Part shown: positions 20,501-24,707 of the stretch, piece after piece
Numbering within the stretch: position 1 is the first letter of the stretch
How the letters are laid out: every line of letters begins with the position of its first letter
Assembly (NCBI RefSeq): GCF_006345805.1
Contig: NW_021836281.1
Location: 1-24,707 of the forward strand
Length of the DNA stretch: 24,707 nt
Origin: Octopus sinensis
Lineage: Eukaryota
Direction: 5' to 3'
Made by a program: the position numbers and the translations under genes
The notes under the pieces: model-generated
What the model was told of the DNA's origin: nothing
Database searches by the model: none
Seen by the model: the letters and a program-made list of their open reading frames with translations, nothing else

Positions 20501-23498
20501 CACACCAACACCAACACACACACACCACAAAAATATTTCTACTGAATGTAGGAGGGCTGCTGCGCGGAAACTGTAAAAAGAAAATTTCATTCCTGAGAGA
20601 CCTTGTGACATGCAATCAAGCTATATGCATGGCACTCACAGAAACGCATCTTGAACCCGATATAGGTGATGCAGAAATACACATGCCGCAATATGCAGTC
20701 ATACGCACAGATAGAAAAGGGAGGAGCCATGGTGGAGTTGCAATGTACATCCGAGATGACCTCACGCCCCAGGTCCTGCTGTCATATTCAAACTCAGTAT
20801 GTGAAACTCAAATTGTACACATAAGACAACTGAATATCGTCATATGCACTACATATCGCCCACCAGACGCCCCAAAACACTCAGGCATGTTTGAAGACTG
20901 CCTAACAAACATAGGAGAAGTCCTCACCAACCTTGAACAGCACAACAGTGTATTCTTCATGGGTGACTTTAACCTCCCCAATGTGGAATGGCCTGGGGGG
21001 CAGATGCTCCCAGGGATGACACACCATCAGCAGGCACAGGTGGAGTCCCTGCTCCATCTCACAAATACCTCTTTCATGGAGCAAATATTCTGCAACCAAC
21101 AAGGGCAGATAATATACTGGATCTCTGCTTCACAAACAATATGGATATTATCCATAATGTTAATGTGATGCCGACAATGATCTCGGATCACAACATAATA
21201 GAGCTGTCTATGTATGGAACAAAAGCCCCCGCAGACACACAGCCTATACGAAGCACCCACCATCTCTCCAACTTAAACTTTCATAAAGCCAACTGGAAGT
21301 CGATTGAGAAAGAGATCCTCAACAGGATTGGCCTGAATGTCTCTCCACACCGGACATAAACATGAAACACAAACACTTCATGTCCATAATACAAGCCATA
21401 TGTGACAAATATGTCCCAATGTGCAGGGCCAGCACACACAAAAACAAAAACAGGATCCCTAGAGAAGGAGGATTCTTATGAGACGACGGACAAGGATTGC
21501 AAACCGCCTGAGCAAGCACACCAAAAGTGGTGAGAAGTGTCGGCTCGAAAGAATGCTAATGGAAACTGAGAAAAGTCTACATCAGTCCCATGAAAAGGAA
21601 GAGCAGATAAAGAAGCTTGGGTAATAGAAAATATAAAATCAAACCCTAAAGCTTTCTTTAAGTTTGCCAAAGAGACAGCCACAGTGCACCAGAGAATAGG
21701 ACCTCTCTTCCAAAAAGATGGCTCTCTCACAGGAAATCCCACGAGGATAAGTGAAATACTGACGAACAGTTCCAAGTGTGTTCACTACACCTCTAGGACA
21801 CAGGCAAGTAAACAACAACCCAGAAGAATTCTTTGCCACTTTACCAGCGGCCAAAGAGACACAAATTGAGTACATCAACATCGAAGAAGATGATATCACA
21901 CTAGCCATTGATGAGATTGACACAAACTCAGCTGCTGGACCTGATGGATTCCCAGCGATCCTTCTCAAATCATGCAAACGAGCCCTTGCAAAATCGCTAC
22001 TACAGCTTCTTTTTCAGAGCTTTCTTGCAAGTGGTAAGCTCCCAGTCAAACTGAAAGAGGGGGTAATATGCCCTATCCATAAGGGAGGTAGCAGAGCAGA
22101 TGCTAAAATTATAGGCCTATCTCTCTGACCTCACACATCAGCAAAGTCATGGAACGAATAGTCCGTAAGAACCTAATCATGTTCCTTGAAGAAAATGGAC
22201 TTACTGTCTGACACCCAGCATGGATTTCGGCCAGGTAGAGGCTGCCTAACACAGCTCCTGCAACACTATGACTGGGTGTTGAAACAGCTACTAAATGGCT
22301 CAAATGTGGATGTAATATATCTTGACTTTGCAAAAGCTTTGATAAAGTCGACCATGGTATGATCTGTCACAAACTGCGTGGTCTCGGCATAGGCGGGAAA
22401 CTTGGAGAGTGGCTGCACAACTTCCTAAAAGACAGAAACAGGCAGTTGTGAGCAATGGAGCCATCTCCAGGGAAACGCAAATAACAAGCGGTGTCCCACA
22501 GGGCACTGTCTTGGGGCCACTGATGTTCATAGTGGCCCTTTCAGACATGCCTTCAGTTGCTACGATGACCACCCTTGCTAGCTATGCAGATGACACAAAA
22601 GTCTCCCACGCAATACAAAACCCTGAAAATATTGTGCATCTGCAACATGAGCTGGACACAATATACAGGTGGGCTGAGGACAAAAACATGCAGTTTAATG
22701 CAGGTAAGTTCCAGGCCCTGCGCTACTGGCACACAAAGGTAAATGACGTGAAGACTGGATACACTGGCCCAGGAAGAATTGCAATCCCTGAGTCAAAATC
22801 AGTGCGTGACCTGGGCATTGACATGAGCAATGATGCATCTTTCCAAATGCATATTGCTAATCTGGTAATAAAATGCAGACGGCTAGCTGGATGGATTCTC
22901 CGAACTTTCAGAACAAGAGAGAAGGAGACACTGATGGTCCTATGGAAAACATTTGTCCTCAGCCGCTTGGACTACTGCTCCCAACTTTGGTCACCACACA
23001 ATATAAAACAAACAGCAGAACTCGAAGCAACTCAGAGAAGCTACACAAAGAAAATCGTCTCAATGCAAATGTCAGCTACTGGGAAAGACTGAAGGTATTA
23101 AACCTCTTCTCCCTGGAGCGGAGGCGGGAGAGATATGCAGTGATATACATCTGGAAAATCCTGGAGGGTCTTGTCCCAAACTTTGGCATTCAAAGTTACT
23201 CCACCCGCAGAACGGGGCGCCGCTGCGTGGTGCCAAGGATTCCAACATCACCATCAAAATACAGGTCCAGATACTGCAACAGCTTGGGTTTCAGAGGACC
23301 ACAGCTCTTTAACATCCTCCCTAAATGCCTGAGAGACTTGCATGGTGTGGATGTGGGTTTCTTTAAAACTAAACTGGATCTCTTCTTGTTGGGAGTCCCA
23401 GATGAACCTACCTCACGACAGGAGACACGGATGCGGGCAGCAGCATCGAACTCCCTTGTTGATCAGTGCCACGTATCAGAGGTGGATTCACAAACTAG
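20392..23498 (+). pseudogene. ORF2 (APE-RT) of the CR1-type LINE, broken mainly by 1-nt deletions
   Basis: ORF track pieces 20392-21168, 20988-21359, 21778-22128, 22409-23092 and 22873-23823; the probable real stop is TAG at 23496-23498 after repairing one G. Confidence 0.85.
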
Positions 23499-23569
23499 TG
23501 TAGCTCATTCAGCGGTGGTGCCCCAGCATGGCCGCGGCCTTCGGGCTAAAACATTTTTAGGATTTAAGG

Positions 23570-23645
<76 letters not shown>

Positions 23646-24573
23646 ATGTGTGTATGTGTATATATGTATGAATGTATATGTGTATGTATATGTTATGAAT
23701 ATATTGTATATATATATATATATGTGTATGTATATGTATGTATGTGTATGTATGTGTATATGTATATGTGTATATATATTAATTAGTGTATATGTATGGA
23801 CTAGTCTTCTGTGGGTGTGTTGAGGTATGTATGTGTATGCGTGTATATGAATATACGTGAATGTATGTAGATGTAGGCGTGTATGAATATAACTCGTGCG
23901 CGTGTGTGTACGTGTGAGTGTGTGGGCGTGAGTGAGTGCTTGCGTTCGTATCAGTAAGTAGATAGATAAACGGAATCTTTAGATATCCCTTGAGACAGGC
24001 TGACCGGTCAAGATAAAAATAAAGATATAAACAAAAGTAGTAATAATAAAATTAAAATAAGAGAATAAAAATGTGTGTGTATGTGTGTGCATGTATATGC
24101 ATTTGTATATATATGTGCGAGTGGGTATACATATATGTATGTATATGTATGTATATGTGTATCTGTGTGTACGTACATGGGTATGTGTATATATATGTAT
24201 ATATATGTATATATATATATGTATATGTATGTGTACGTATGTATATATATATGCATGTATATGTGGGTATGTATGTATATGTATAGATATATGTGAATAT
24301 GCGGGTGTGTGTATGTGTATATGTGTATATATATATATGTAGATGTACAAGTGAGAGTCTCCCCACTTACCTAAAACTCTATTTTTCTATTTATATTTTT
24401 TTTTTTTTATTTTTTATTCTTTTATTTATTCTTTTATCTACTTTACCACCGATTCCTTTGACCACTCCCCTAATAATGACAGTTTTGTGCCATGCCTACC
24501 CCCAAAAAAGTCCCCCACCACCACCCATTTAAACCTGCCTAAATTATAAATGCCAAAACAACTCTTGTCTACT

Positions 24574-24623
24574 AGCTTCCTGATGATTTCTTTGAATGAA
24601 ACAGTTCTAGTCCTGTAGAAGCT
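24574..24623 (+). ncRNA. Type I hammerhead ribozyme, family C (right arm, sense to the GIY-YIG ORF)
   Basis: AGCTTC(24574-79)-CTGATGA(24580-86)-TTTC TTT GAAT-GAA-ACAG TTCTAGTC CTGT-A(cleavage after 24617)-GAAGCT(24618-23). Confidence 0.78.
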
Positions 24624-24707
24624 CCTTCTATAAAATAATTAATTTACTCTGCTATGTATTGAGTACCTTATTTACTGTGCTTAACCCCGACTCAACCCGG
24701 GACCTAC

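Larger units (their letters stand above)
19879..23573 (+). mobile_element. Near full-length CR1/L2-group non-LTR retrotransposon inserted in (TA)n
   Basis: ORF1 remnant with a CCCH finger; ORF2 with APE (LLNVGGL, LTETHL, YRPP, MGDFNLP, SDHN), RT (YLDFAKAF, GVPQGTVLGP, YADD 22583-22594, DLG) and C-terminal GPQLFNILP..FKTKLD.FL..VPDEP; tail TTTAGGATTTAAGGATTT. Confidence 0.9.
11969..24638 (+). mobile_element. Penelope-like element: 5'-truncated body with its long 3' region duplicated as an upstream inverted repeat
   Basis: GIY-YIG ORF fragment in the spacer; the arms are reverse complements once the nested LINEs are removed; a hammerhead lies at each outer tip. Confidence 0.75.
17909..24638 (+). 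repeat. Right arm of the inverted repeat = long microsatellite-rich 3' region of the Penelope-like element (contains the CR1 insertion)
   Basis: Internal ~595-665-bp tandem units marked by GGGTAACTGCA at 18278, 18872 and 19514; ends with the family C hammerhead. Confidence 0.88.

Noticed and set aside
3252-22680. Other CTGANGA heptamers, for example at ~3252, ~4332, ~8666, ~9250, ~16859 and ~22672
   Set aside because: They lie in LINE/PLE coding frames (two in the ADD catalytic motif), and I saw no flanking hammerhead stems.
1865-23257. Antisense and alternative-frame ORFs overlapping the LINEs (e.g. 3296-3646, 7255-7611, 22300-22572)
   Set aside because: They show no recognisable motifs and are by-products of the coding strand.
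11969-24638. Inverted repeat as an assembly fold-back artefact
   Set aside because: The arms carry different LINE insertions, SNPs and unit numbers, which a duplicated read would not produce. Read support should still be checked.
24639-24707. Sequence beyond the right arm as the restart of a PLE ORF or intron
   Set aside because: The nearby ATG is followed by TAT TGA, and only 69 bp are visible. It cannot be assigned.

Overview
Gene-free eukaryotic repeat DNA, most likely from an octopus or other cephalopod (inferred from the microsatellite-containing tRNA SINE family and the extreme (TA)n/(CA)n/(TATG)n density). The window is a nested stack of retroelements. It holds a full-length RTE LINE (1110-5094) inserted into a SINE with a 13-bp TSD, a decayed second RTE (6588-~10023), and a Penelope-like (GIY-YIG) element whose ~3-kb microsatellite-built 3' region forms a giant inverted repeat (arms ~11969-16737 and ~17909-24638). 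The left arm carries an R4/Dong LINE in (AAT)n, itself hit by a SINE; the right arm carries a CR1-type LINE in (TA)n. The main signal not shown by the ORF track is eight type I hammerhead ribozyme motifs from five sequence families. Two pairs sit in near-identical tandem arrays (~356-bp and 535-bp units) resembling circRNA-producing retrozymes. One pair marks the tips of the Penelope inverted repeat, one copy is core-mutated, and one is cut by the window edge. Most frameshifts in the young LINEs are 1-nt homopolymer contractions, so they may be sequencing errors and the elements may be intact. All structures were read by eye; nothing was computed or searched.
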